Below are positions 54,310 through 64,000 of a DNA stretch of 64,000 nucleotides, piece by piece. This stretch comes from Myxococcota bacterium (lineage in GTDB: Bacteria > Myxococcota_A > UBA9160 > SZUA-336): assembly GCA_965247115.1 (NCBI GenBank), contig CBDFGR010000003.1, forward strand, positions 992,001-1,056,000, read 5' to 3'. Position 1 is the first letter of the stretch. Every line of letters begins with the position of its first letter. Under the pieces are notes generated by a model, which had not been told where the DNA came from, did not search any database, and worked only from the letters and a program-made list of their open reading frames with translations. The translations under genes were made by a program, and so were the position numbers.

Positions 54310-56534
54310 GATTGGCCGGCTCCGCGCCGGCAGCCGAACCGACAGGCTCTGACTCTGCACCCGCCTCGGAGATAGAGGCACCCGTCCGGGGTACGGCGCA
54401 GGTACCGGCGCTTGGGACTCCCGAAGAAGACGAGTTGCGGCGCCCGTTTCTGCGTGCCGCGCGCACGGCTGCCCCCCCGACCATCGACGGCGACCTCACC
54501 GACGAGGTCTGGGCGCACGGCACGCCCATCCGCGAGCTGTTCGTCGACCAGCCCGTCGAGGGGGATCCGCTGCCCCAAAAAACGGAGATCCGCGTTCTGT
54601 ACGACGACGACGCCCTCTACTTTGCGGCGTGGTGCTACGACACCGAGCCGGACGCGATCACGGCGTCGCTCATGCGCCGCGACGCGAACGTTCGCAACCA
54701 GGATTCCATCATAATCCTGCTCGACCCGTTCGGCGAGAGGCGCTCGGGCTACGCGTTCGCCGTAACTCCGATTACCACCCGCTGGGACGCGCTCATCGAA
54801 GAGACGGGCGGCTACAATCAGGAGTGGGACGGCATCTGGTACGCACAGGCGCGCCGGAACGACGAAGGGTGGGTCGCGGAGATCGCCATCCCGTTCAAGT
54901 CGCTGAACTTTCCGGAGAGCCGGAACAACTGGGGCTTCAACATTTCCCGCGGGATCGCGCGCTACAATCAGTTCGGCCGCTGGGTCTTTCCTCTCCAGCA
55001 CGCGTTCCTGTTCGACCCGGGGTATTGGGGAGACCTGGGCGGCCTCGAGGGACTCGACCAGGGACTCGGCATCGACGCGGTGCCCGCGCTCGCACTGCGC
55101 CAGATCCACAACAATTCCGAGAGTCGGGTGAACGAGGAGATCGATCCCTCGCTTGACCTGTTCTACAAGATCACGCCATCGCTGACGTCGGTTCTCACCG
55201 TGAACACCGACTTCTCCGAGGCTGAACCCGACGAGCGTAGTGCGAACCTGACGCGCTTCTCGCTCTTCTTTCCGGAGCAACGCGATTTCTTTCTGCAAGA
55301 CGCCGGGATCTTCAACTTCGCCGACTTCGGGTTCCGGCAAAACACCGACTCCAAGCTCAATGGTCAGCCCTTCTTCTCGCGGCGCATCGCCCTAGACGAG
55401 ACCGGCCCGCTGTCTCTCCGGGTCGGGGGCAAGACGACGGGGCGTATCGGACCGCTCAACCTGGGGGTCCTCTCGACCCGCGTGGAGGGACACGGCGAGG
55501 TGGACGGGAAGTGGCTCTCGGTCGCGCGCGGCTACCTCAACGTGCTCAAGGAGTCGCGGCTCGGCTTCATTGCATCGTACGGGTCACCCGAGACGAACGA
55601 GCACAACAAGCTCTTCGGGGGGGACTTCAACTATCGGAGCAGCACGTTTCTCGGGGACAAGATCCTCAAAGGCAGCTTCTGGGTCCAGAAGACGTCCTCG
55701 CCGGACTCGAAGGACCACGACGCCGCGCTCGGAGCGTCGCTCGCCTATCCCAACGACCGGTGGAACTGGGAAGTGAGCGCGACCGAGATTCAGGAGCACT
55801 TCAACCCGGGGCTGGGCTTCGCGAATCGCCGCGACATCCGCGAGTACGGGGCTGCCCTGAAGCGCCGCTTTCGTCCAGGGGGCGTGATCCGCCTCGTCGA
55901 CGTGGGAGGCGACGCAAAGCTCGTCACCGGGACGGACAACGACTTCGAGTCGCTGACCCTCAATGCTGATCTGTTCTTCCTGGAGACCGAGAAGGGCGAC
56001 GAACTGCGCGTGCGAGCGATTTACCGGCGCGAGGACCTGCTCGAGGAGTTCGAGATCCGCGAGGGGATCGTAATCCCCAAGGAGCACTACCGTTTCGACC
56101 GCTACAACGTGAAGCTCGACACGTCACGCTACCGGCAAGCCGAGCTCACAGCCGAGCTTGAGTACGGCCGGTTCTTCACGGGCACCCGTTTCGACATCCT
56201 GACGAGCTTCGAGTACCGGCCGAGCCCCCACTTCTCACTGCTGGCGGACTACGAGCAGTTCCAGGTACGGTTGCCGGAGGGAGACTTTACGACCCGCATC
56301 GCGCGCCTGGGGATTGACCTTGCATTCTCCGTCACGATGTCGTGGCGCAATCTGATCCAGTGGGACAACGAGACGGACGAGCTGACCGTCAACAGCCGCT
56401 TTCGCTGGATCATCGAGCCCGGCCGTGAGTTCTTCGTAGTGCTGGACCCGTTCTTCTCTCGCAAAGATCGTCTAAGGCTCACATCGACGACCACAGAACT
56501 CGTGCTGAAGCTGCTCTGGACCTACCGGTTCTAG
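54267..56534 (+). CDS. CBM9-like/DUF5916 outer-membrane protein
   Basis: Signal peptide, PTIDGDL, EIAIPFKSL, NTDFS, FFPEQRDFF, FFSRRI, terminal YRF. Confidence 0.85.
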   Translation: MRVLYRLLCAALAAGLAGSAPAAEPTGSDSAPASEIEAPVRGTAQVPALGTPEEDELRRPFLRAARTAAPPTIDGDLTDEVWAHGTPIRELFVDQPVEGDPLPQKTEIRVLYDDDALYFAAWCYDTEPDAITASLMRRDANVRNQDSIIILLDPFGERRSGYAFAVTPITTRWDALIEETGGYNQEWDGIWYAQARRNDEGWVAEIAIPFKSLNFPESRNNWGFNISRGIARYNQFGRWVFPLQHAFLFDPGYWGDLGGLEGLDQGLGIDAVPALALRQIHNNSESRVNEEIDPSLDLFYKITPSLTSVLTVNTDFSEAEPDERSANLTRFSLFFPEQRDFFLQDAGIFNFADFGFRQNTDSKLNGQPFFSRRIALDETGPLSLRVGGKTTGRIGPLNLGVLSTRVEGHGEVDGKWLSVARGYLNVLKESRLGFIASYGSPETNEHNKLFGGDFNYRSSTFLGDKILKGSFWVQKTSSPDSKDHDAALGASLAYPNDRWNWEVSATEIQEHFNPGLGFANRRDIREYGAALKRRFRPGGVIRLVDVGGDAKLVTGTDNDFESLTLNADLFFLETEKGDELRVRAIYRREDLLEEFEIREGIVIPKEHYRFDRYNVKLDTSRYRQAELTAELEYGRFFTGTRFDILTSFEYRPSPHFSLLADYEQFQVRLPEGDFTTRIARLGIDLAFSVTMSWRNLIQWDNETDELTVNSRFRWIIEPGREFFVVLDPFFSRKDRLRLTSTTTELVLKLLWTYRF

Positions 56535-56772
56535 TTGACCGAACGCTCGCGTCCTCGAAACGTCGGGAACCGAGCCATCGCTCGGGAGTTGTTCGGCTGG
56601 GCCACAACGACAGGAATGCCCCTGGGGACCGGCGCCGGATTTCCTCTTCTCTTTTGTCGTTGCAGGCGTAGCGGGGCTGCCGCTCCATGATCTGCAAGAC
56701 TATCAGACGGGTTGACCGAAGGCGTCGGACGGTGGAAGATGGCGGTGGACTTCCAACGAAGGGAACTCTCTC

Positions 56773-57123
56773 ATGGCCTTAGAGGTACTGAAGGGCTTCT
56801 TCGAGAAGCGAGAAGAGGTGTTCGACGATATCAAGGCCAGTGGCTACTGGCCCGCCACGTTGGTGTCGCAAGCCTCGCCGGGACTCCCAGTCCACTGGCA
56901 CGACCACAACGTACACGCCTACCTGATCGAGGGAACCACGGACTTCCTCGACGCGGAGACCGGCATCCGTTACAACGTCGGGCCCGGCGACAAGGTCGTG
57001 ATCCCCGCGCGTTCAACGCACGCTGAGGGTGAGATCACCGACCGGGTCGTCTACATCCTCGGGTTGCAGGAACCGCGTCCCACTGACCTTCAGCTCGTCC
57101 AGCAGCCTCTGACCGACCTGTAG
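56773..57123 (+). CDS. Cupin domain protein
   Basis: HWHDHNVHAYLIEG, PARSTHAE. Confidence 0.8.
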   Translation: MALEVLKGFFEKREEVFDDIKASGYWPATLVSQASPGLPVHWHDHNVHAYLIEGTTDFLDAETGIRYNVGPGDKVVIPARSTHAEGEITDRVVYILGLQEPRPTDLQLVQQPLTDL

Positions 57124-57289
57124 CGCATCCCAGAACCAGCGGAGCCGTCAACACCCCGGCGCGCCACTGGCGGTTGGCTTCGACACGGCCGCCATTTACC
57201 GTTTCCGCCACGTTCGTCAGAGGCTCCGCCCGCCGGGGTCCCGTCGTGGAGCCGCGCTTGCTCGTGTGCGAGCGTCAGGCGGTTCACGA

Positions 57290-57990
57290 CCACGACGCTC
57301 AAGGAGATCAGCGTCTTCCCGCAGCCGCTCCAGAAGCCGCACCCGCAGATGTGGGAGCCGCTCACGAGCCCACGCTCCATCGAGTGGGCCGCGCAGCACG
57401 GCATCAACGACTACTTCATCGCGGAGCCCAATCTCTTCTTGAAGAAGCGCATCGCGGCGTACTACGTGGCGGCCGAGAAGCACGACTGGCCGGACCGCCT
57501 GCAGCGCGGACCCTTCAAGTACGGCTGGGACGCGGAGAAGCGGCGCGGGATCGTGACCTGCCGCTACATCCACCTGCTGCTGCCCGGCCAGGAGCGCGAT
57601 CTCGAGCGCTTCAAGCTCGGCCTGGAGATGCAGTGGCACTACTACGGACCCTTCGGCTTCGGCGCCCTGATCGCCGCGGTGCGCGGCGAGGAGGTCGAGG
57701 ACTTCGATCTCAACAAGCTGATCTCCGGCCAGGACCTGCTCGACGCGGAGATCGCCCTGTTCGGCACGCCGGCCGAGGTCGGCGAGGGGATCCTGCGCGT
57801 GAAGGAGGTCTGCGGCTACGACGACTTCATGTTCCACACCTGGTTCGAGACGGACGGCTTCTCGGGCCGCGAGGTCGAGGAGCAGATGCAGGCCTTTGCC
57901 GAGGAGGTCGCGCCGGAGCTGCGCCGCGCCTGTGGTGGCGGACCGAAGCGCGAGGAGTCGACCGTCAGCTTCGACGACGTCCGGGCCTGA
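57290..57990 (+). pseudogene. LLM-class flavin oxidoreductase, C-terminal half
   Basis: VFPQPLQKPHPQMW, GTPAEV, FAEEVAP. Confidence 0.8.
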
Positions 57991-58002
57991 CCCGCTCGAG
58001 GT

Positions 58003-58130
58003 TCACTCCCGAAACTCCGGGATCACTTCTTTGGCGAATAGCTCCATAGAGGCGAGCACCTCGCGCTGCGGAATCGCCCCGCTTCGGTTCATCCAGACGA
58101 TGAAGTCGTTCATCCCGAGCGTCCCTCTCC
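58003..58130 (-). pseudogene. Second LLM oxidoreductase C-terminal fragment
   Basis: LGMNDFIVWMNRSGAIPQREVLASMELFAKEVIPEFRE*. Confidence 0.65.
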
Positions 58131-58296
58131 ACAACGGCGTCCAATGTCGCCCGACCAAGCTCGCGGTCAAAAGTAGCGAACGTACAGGTCCAATGGTCTC
58201 GGGTTGCTCGGCTCCCGATCGGGAGTCAATCGCTCAGAGGCCGGGGGGACTCGTTCAGCTGTTTCCTTTCTCGGCCTACGAAAGGGGGACGTTCCG

Positions 58297-58410
58297 GAGG
58301 CTGTTGGAGTTCAAGACCTGAAAGGATGAGGCCGGCGGCTCCTTCCGCCTCCGTGTGGTACGGAGGTGTGCCAACCAAAAGGAAGGAGCCAAGCATGCCG
58401 AGCTTCGAGG
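58297..58410 (+). mobile_element. Probable IS left-end remnant (IS5/IS1182-like)
   Basis: GAGGCTGTTGGAG terminus, GGCTCCTTCC/GGAAGGAGCC hairpin over the RBS, ATG stub. Confidence 0.45.
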
Positions 58411-58435
58411 CCGCGGCCGACCGCGATCCGCTGAT

Positions 58436-58523
58436 CGGCGGCGCGCACTTGGATGGCTCCGCGCGTGCGTCGTTTCGACCATGCGTGTGCTCTACCGCCT
58501 TCTCTGTGCCGCGCTTGCCGCGG
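58436..58523 (+). repeat. 88-bp direct repeat, copy 2
   Basis: Matches 54222-54309. Confidence 0.95.
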
Positions 58524-58551
58524 ATAACTTACTCCCACCAGTAGTCGAACC

Positions 58552-59365
58552 GGTACTGTCAAGTTCAGCGGGAGAGTGGCAGACTTGGCCGATGAAAAGC
58601 GACACGCCGAGCTACCACGGATATCGATTCCCGCCCGAGATCATCAGCCACGCCGTATGGCTGTACCATCGATTCTGTGTGAGCTTTCGCGATGTAGAAG
58701 ATTGCGCCAAGTTGCAGACATTCTGTTCGAACGTGGCATCGATATTTGTCACGAGACGGTGCGGTACTGCTGGAATCGGTTTGCTCCGGTGTCCGCTGGC
58801 GAGATCAGGAGGCGGCGCGTAGACCGGCGCAACTGGTCGAACTGGCGTTGGCATCTTGATGAGGTGTTCGTGCGGATCAACGGGGAGATGCACTATCTGT
58901 GGCGCGCCGTCGATCACGAAGGTGAGGTACTTGAAGTCTTTGCCACAAAGCACCGGGATCGCAGGGCTGCGCTTAGGTTCCTGAAGCGTGCAATGAAGCG
59001 CTACGGCCGGCCAGAAGTAATCGTGACGGACCGACTGCGTTCTTACGGTGCCGCGATGAAAGACATTGGGGTCGAGGATCTTCAGCTTTGCGGTCAGTGG
59101 CGCAACAATCGAGCCGAAACCTCACACCAACCGTTCCGCCGACGAGAAGGAGCGATGGTCAGGTTCAGGGACGTCAAGGGCCTGCAGAAATTTGCCGCCG
59201 CTCACTCCTCGATCCACAATCATTTCAACCAGGAACGTCATCTTTACAACCGGGAGAACTTCAAACTCAATCGCTCCGCCGCGTTGGCCGAGTGGCGTCA
59301 ACTTGCAGCCTGAGAACCCTCGATTGTTGGTTCTACTGGTCCGATCAAGTTAGTCTAACAATGCC
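58552..59365 (+). mobile_element. IS6-family element, chimeric, frameshifted transposase
   Basis: YRFPPEII, WHLDEVF, YLWRAVD, TDRL, NNRAE; ends GGTACTGTC and (reverse complement) GGCATTGTT. Confidence 0.9.
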
Positions 59366-59456
59366 GCTCTGCCTCTACCGACTCCACGCTGATCCCGAAC
59401 ATCCTCGTGATCCCGCTCTGACCTACCGGTCCCGGGCTACACACTGTGGACGCGAC

Positions 59457-59804
59457 TCAGCCACCGGCCGGTGCCGGCATGATCCGTCCTCTCAGCGCCA
59501 TCAGAAGCAGCCCGATGGCCATCCCCTGGATGCCGGTCGCCAGGTTGTCGAGCACGGAGTTGACCCAGGGCCCGACGACCCAGATGGGATCCAGACTGTT
59601 CGAGATGGTCGGGAGCAGGGCGGCGATGACGTAGACTACCAGGCGCTGCGTAATGTCATCGGCGCTGGGACTCGTTAGGCCCGCAACCAACCCCAAGACG
59701 ACCAGGATGACGCCCCAGATCTGTCCCGGAACGGGAATCTGCGGGATAGCGTTCAAGATCGCAGCGACCACGATGAGAATCATCAAGATTCGTTCGAGAT
59801 TCAT
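59457..59804 (-). CDS. Small hypothetical membrane protein
   Basis: AGGAGG RBS, 4 hydrophobic segments. Confidence 0.75.
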   Translation of the reverse strand: MNLERILMILIVVAAILNAIPQIPVPGQIWGVILVVLGLVAGLTSPSADDITQRLVVYVIAALLPTISNSLDPIWVVGPWVNSVLDNLATGIQGMAIGLLLMALRGRIMPAPAGG

Positions 59805-60093
59805 CGGTTCTTCCTCCTTAAGTCAAAGTGCCTCAACTGCTGTGGAACTGGGCGAACTGCATTAGAGCACAGAAGACTCCGGGGTACAGCTGGAAAGTTT
59901 GAGCTCTTCGTTGCTTCAGGCGCAGTACTGTGTATTCGCCGATTTCAGGCTGAGAAGAGCTGGGGGGTACGAGCTGCGATCGTAGGAGTGACCGTCAGCG
60001 CTCAGTTCCCTCGATCGGGGCGACGGCTCGCTCCTTGAGCAGGTCCCGGGCGCCCCGCCCGACGAGCGCGGTCGCCGGAGGCCCCTGAAAGAG

Positions 60094-60196
60094 GGACACG
60101 AACAGAGCGAGCCGCATCTTCGCATAGGTGCGAATTTTGTCGAACGTGCGTGCCGAGTTCCCGTAGCGGAAATACCCGACCCAGCCGCGGAGGAAG
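60094..60196 (-). pseudogene. Group II intron RT/maturase domain X fragment
   Basis: FLRGWVGYFRYGNSARTFDKIRTYAKMRLALFV. Confidence 0.75.
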
Positions 60197-60331
60197 ATAG
60201 TGGGTGTGGGGACGCCGCCTCGGTGCCTCTGAAAATGCGCCGCCCCCGAAAGCCCGCTGGGTCGATTTGCGAAACGGGGGGTTGGCGCTGCGGAGACGCA
60301 GCGATGATGCCTTCTTAGTATGGGAATAGAA

Positions 60332-60364
60332 GAGAGGGGCAGGTCGATCAAACCTGCCCCTCTC
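60332..60364 (-). terminator. 13-bp perfect hairpin, probable intrinsic terminator
   Basis: GAGAGGGGCAGGT...ACCTGCCCCTCTC; weak T tract on the minus strand. Confidence 0.6.
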
Positions 60365-60469
60365 AAACGGCGCGTGAGATCATTAGTGAGGATTCCCTGC
60401 GCGCTGGGTGACCCTCTTCCTGATCGTGGCTTTTCCGCAAGCCAATTGTCACCACCACCAATTTGGCTT

Positions 60470-60731
60470 TCAAAGAAGTTGGCACGCTTCTCGGGCTGTG
60501 CGCCAGATCTTGACCTCGGCCGCGCAGTCGAGACCCCACAGCCGTGTGCGAGCCAGCGACTCGGCCGTCTGCTCCAGCGTCCCGGCCTCCACGGGCGGCG
60601 GCGCGACGCAGCGCTCGTCCGGGGGCGGGTCCGGGCAGACGACGACCGTGAGCTGTTGGACTGTTGCACGACGGGACGCGCAAGCCGGTGAGCAGCAGCA
60701 GCACGGCGACGCCGAGGGCGAGCCGCCTCAC
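60470..60731 (-). pseudogene. o-spanin (Rz1-like) lipoprotein, +1 frameshift at the lipobox
   Basis: MRRLALGVAVLLLLTG, then CASRR...CPDPPPDERCVAPPP in the shifted frame. Confidence 0.65.
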
Positions 60732-61150
60732 ATCTTCTCCAGCGCGGTCCGCAGTGGCTCCGGGATCCGGCAGCCTGCGGCGCAGTCGCCCTCGGCGCGG
60801 GGCGCCGCACCCGACTGGCAGGCTGCCTGCGCGGATTCGATCGCTCGCTCTCGGAGCGGCCGGTACGCCTCGAGGATTTCCTTTCGCGCGGACTGCGCCG
60901 CCTCGCGCGCGGCGCGCTCGGCCTCCAGCACGCGCGCGGTCTCATGGACGACCTGGCGCAGCTTCTCGAGCTCGGCCTCGGTGCGATCGGCCGCGGCGAT
61001 CCGCGAGACGCCGCAGGAGAGCATCCCGATCAGGGTTGCGGCGCCACCGATCAGGGTGACCAACTTGAGCAATCCGAGCACGGACCGCAGCGCAAAAAAG
61101 CCGGTGACCGCGCCGATCACTCGGCGGCCTCGACGAGGTTGACGCGCCAC
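60728..61150 (-). CDS. i-spanin (Rz-like) protein
   Basis: N-terminal TM, coiled coil, C-terminal Cys; lies between endolysin and lipoprotein. Confidence 0.6.
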   Translation of the reverse strand: MARQPRRGRRVIGAVTGFFALRSVLGLLKLVTLIGGAATLIGMLSCGVSRIAAADRTEAELEKLRQVVHETARVLEAERAAREAAQSARKEILEAYRPLRERAIESAQAACQSGAAPRAEGDCAAGCRIPEPLRTALEKM

Positions 61151-61693
61151 AGCCGCGAGAGGATCCGGCGCCAGCGCGCCACGTACTCGTGCGTCTCCTC
61201 CGAGTGCCGGCCGGTGACGCGCGGAAGCTCCGCGGCGATCTTATTCCAGCAGGGGGCGCCCCCGGTCAGCCGCTGCGCAGAGATGAGGTGGCCGGCACCG
61301 GCGTTGTAGCTCGCGACCTGGAGCTCTAGACGGCAGAGGTCGCTGCGGCGCGGCCCAAATTCTGGCTTGGCCCTCCATGTGGATCGCCGCGACATGCGCG
61401 GCCACCCAGGGATCGAACGGCGAGCCCGCCAGGCCGCGGCGCACGGTGTGCTCGATCCAGGTTCCCGGCACCACTTGCCACGGCCCCCGCGCTCCGACCG
61501 GAGAGACCGCGTCTGCGGTCCACGTCGACTCCGCACCCGCCTGAGCGACGAGCGCGTACCAGAGGTACTGCCGCTCGAGCGGCCACGTCAGGCGGACGGC
61601 GCGCCGCGCGGTGCGCACGTTGACCTGGGGGACCTGCGCGCCTCCCTCCGGCTGGCACGGCGACAGCAGCAGCGTGAGCCCCAATCTCCGCAT
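61117..61693 (-). pseudogene. Lytic transglycosylase (SLT) endolysin, frameshift near 61348
   Basis: AES..AVSPVGARG..Q in one frame; ASYNAGAG and ETHEYV in another. Confidence 0.8.
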
Positions 61694-61750
61694 CTGGAAA
61701 GGTCTTGGTGGGGATCAGATTTCGTGGAATGCTGGGACATGGTAGTGGGT

Positions 61751-61837
61751 GGCACCGATTTCGTCGTCACTTCGGGGACGGGATCAGGCAAGTCACTGAC
61801 CTACATCGGTACGATCTTCAATCACCTGCTCGCCAAT
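61751..61837 (+). pseudogene. DEAD/DEAH helicase Walker A fragment
   Basis: DFVVTSGTGSGKSLTYIGTIFNHLL. Confidence 0.7.
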
Positions 61838-62000
61838 CGGGGAGCTACCCTTCGCCACCGCCGTGTTCTCCGCGCTCCGCGGCCCGCCGCCATCGCGATG
61901 CACACGGTTCTTCCGCGCACTCAAGGAGGAGTGCAACCTGGCCAGAAGAATTTCTCGAGCTTTTACTGCTTCACGCAGCCGACCGGCCGAAACGTCGACT

Positions 62001-62475
62001 TCAGAACGCGTAGCGCAAGGACACCGTCAGCCCATGCCCCCTCAGCTTGGCCTTCGTTCGGGCGAGGTCGATCTCTAGCGGATTGCGTCTCCCGTCGTGC
62101 CAGACGATCCGGCCCTGGGCCCTGTCGGTTTTGACGGCGCCGTAATCCGTGTAACGCCAAGCGAGATCGATTGTCACCTTCTCCCCTAGCGATGCCGCCA
62201 ATCCCGCCGTCAGCATCCAGGAGAGATTAACCCGTGGCTCGCCTGGAACCAGGGTCGCCGTTTTGGGAAACTCCATGCGCGTGTCATCGATCTCGATGCG
62301 GGACAGTCCGCCGCCGGCACCGAGAAACGGGCTGAAGGGACCGAGCCGGGGCAGGCCAAGTTCGGGGAGATCCAGGTACGCGACAAGCAGGCCGGACAGG
62401 GAGGACAGATCCGCCGAGACGGCCTGCCGACCCGTGGTTTGAATGAAATTCGCGCGGCCCTCGAAGGAGGCTGGA
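62001..62475 (-). pseudogene. Outer-membrane beta-barrel (opacity/OmpA-like) C-terminal fragment, frameshifted
   Basis: AYLDL, SPF-LGAGGG, DLAWRYTDYG, SLRYAF. Confidence 0.7.
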
Positions 62476-62995
62476 CGGGGCGAGTCGCGTCGCCGTCAAG
62501 GTGCTTTGGACCTTCCGCTTCTGAGGACGGCGTCAGCCTCGCGCTACTAACCGGCCCGGTCGCGAACGGCCATCGGCGGCCACTGTAGCGTAAACGGAAC
62601 ACCCCTTAGGAAGCCGTCGGCGCAAACGCTCCCCCCGGAAATCGAGATCCGAGACCGGGACCGATAATGTGGCGCGGTGCGCACGTCCCGCGCGTCTCGC
62701 GGTGCACTTGGCTGCGACAAAACCCCGGAAACCGTACGGAAAACCCGCCCTCGTCTCGCCCTGCCGAGATTGGCCGGACTGCTTGGCGGTGGGGGGAGTC
62801 CGGAGCGAACCGGTCTCGTCCCCTCGATGCGGCTATTCCCCTCGTCGGCCGCCCAGAGAACTCGCGGGATTTCGTGAGACAGGGCTAGAATAAGTGAGAG
62901 TTCGTGGGAGTTGGGAACCCTCGCTTGACTTTGCGCCGGGGGTGCGGCGTAGGGGCCTGGGCGGGAGCCTGAGTCAGACCGAAAGGTCGCCAGCC

Positions 62996-63126
62996 CAATT
63001 CGTTGGGCGGGCCGTGGGTCTGCCAGAAGGGGTGATCGACGGGCAGGACGAGGCCGTCCCACTCGAGATGCTGGGGGCGGGTGCGGGAGTCATTGACCGC
63101 GTCGTACATCAGGTAGGGGAAGCGTC
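62996..63126 (-). pseudogene. Phage Mu F/SPP1 gp7 head morphogenesis fragment
   Basis: YLMYDAVNDSRTRPQHLEWDGLVLPVDHPFWQTHGPPN. Confidence 0.8.
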
Positions 63127-63252
63127 CGTTTACGCTACAGTGGCTACCGATGGCATTCGCGAGGCGCTCTACGGCCCCACGCCCCTAGATATGGTGGCCC
63201 GGGGCGGGCGCTGCCAGTGCCACTAAGCGCCACTAGCACGGCGCGGCCCGTT

Positions 63253-63298
63253 AATCGTGCCATTTCAGTGGCGGAATCGTGCCATTTTCAGGTGGCGA
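63253..63298. mobile_element. IS21-type end remnant (tandem transposase-binding repeats)
   Basis: AATCGTGCCATTT(T)CAG(G)TGGCG x2. Confidence 0.6.
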
Positions 63299-63379
63299 CC
63301 CAGACTTTCAACGCTGCGCGCAGCTGCGATAGGGGTAGCAGCTGGCTTTCACTTGGCCCGCGTCGGCCTGCAAGCGGAC

Positions 63380-63530
63380 GTAGGTTCGACCTTCACGACG
63401 TCGGCGCCGAGATCTCCGAGAAGACAGCCACAGATCGGACCGGCCCAGCTCGTGGTGATCTCAAGCGCAGGCACCCGGCCAGCCGACCGGTCAGTCCGAG
63501 CGTCCCGGAACAACTCCGACTTTCCGCATG
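63380..63530 (-). pseudogene. CaiB/BaiF CoA-transferase N-terminal fragment
   Basis: LEITTSWAGPICGCLLGDLGADVVKVEP. Confidence 0.75.
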
Positions 63531-63553
63531 CCGAGCTCCCCTGCCCGGAGAAG

Positions 63554-63850
63554 CTAGCCCATATTCATTTCCTGGGAGATTACGGCGAAGCCCTCTGTCG
63601 CAGCGAGGCGCTTCCCGACGACCTTCTGGTAGTCGGGCGAGTTGTACCACTCCTTGACTTTCTCGACGGAGTCGAACTTCAGGATCACCGTTTGGGGTCC
63701 CGGTGGCTTTCCCTCGATAGTCTCTGCAGCGACGTCGATGGCGACCAGCTCGCCGCCGTGTGCGTCGAGCGTGGGACGGGCACCCTGAGCGTACTCGCCG
63801 TAGAGATCACTATCGTTGACGACATACTGAGCGATGAAGTAGGCGGGCAT
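63554..63850 (-). CDS. DUF1330 family protein
   Basis: MPAYFIA, HGGE, LKFDS, WYNSPDYQ. Confidence 0.9.
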   Translation of the reverse strand: MPAYFIAQYVVNDSDLYGEYAQGARPTLDAHGGELVAIDVAAETIEGKPPGPQTVILKFDSVEKVKEWYNSPDYQKVVGKRLAATEGFAVISQEMNMG

Positions 63851-64000
63851 ATCTTCCACTTATCACAGTCGCGTCCGATCCTGCAAGAGGCGTCGCTGGA
63901 TGAGCGTCTGCGGCGACGTCCGAGTCCAGCAGCCCCTCGCTCTGGCGAAGCGGGAGGCTGAAGACCCCCCCGCAGGGTCAACGCGGTCAGGATCGCGAGG

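Noticed and set aside
56605..56662. CAACGACA/TGTCGTTG inverted repeat
   Set aside because: Only 8 bp with a long loop and no recognisable family.
57180..57225. Hammerhead ribozyme on the minus strand (CTGACGA...GAAAC)
   Set aside because: Stem II closure, the NUH site and stem I do not form properly.

Overview
High-GC bacterial chromosome segment. Gene order and protein style suggest Myxococcota/deltaproteobacteria (inference). There are three zones. (1) 1-2246: accessory DNA downstream of tRNA-Val(CAC), with a cupin and an LVIVD-repeat protein. (2) 2247-32272: mostly housekeeping genes, listed left to right: pyrG, kdsB, rpsI, rplM, truA, asd/usg-like, leuB, leuA, pssA, ilvC, tsaB, rseP, dxr, uppS, frr, pyrH, tsf, rpsB, argJ, secA, M23, FHA, recN, rarA, ggt. 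Oddities here are a probable AUU-initiated secA, an Asd homologue lacking its catalytic residues, and clean loss of cdsA, psd, leuCD, ilvBN and kdsA from their usual positions. (3) About 32300-64000: a heavily eroded, multi-element island. It starts with a tRNA-Asp 3' half (att) and a satellite-like block of unknown ORFs. A lambda-type cos site follows, then terS, terL, a broken portal, an S49 protease and no capsid gene. Next come xis-int beside a tRNA-Phe 3' half in an attP-like setting, and then ~14 kb of short abutting fragments of phage, defence, IS, intron and metabolic genes interleaved with a few intact genes. I found no CRISPR array, DGR, retron or integron integrase, and I cannot demonstrate a complete new system. 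The best candidates are the cos/terminase-retaining satellite-like element, the fragment mosaic and the secA start codon. Family calls come from motif recognition, not database searches.
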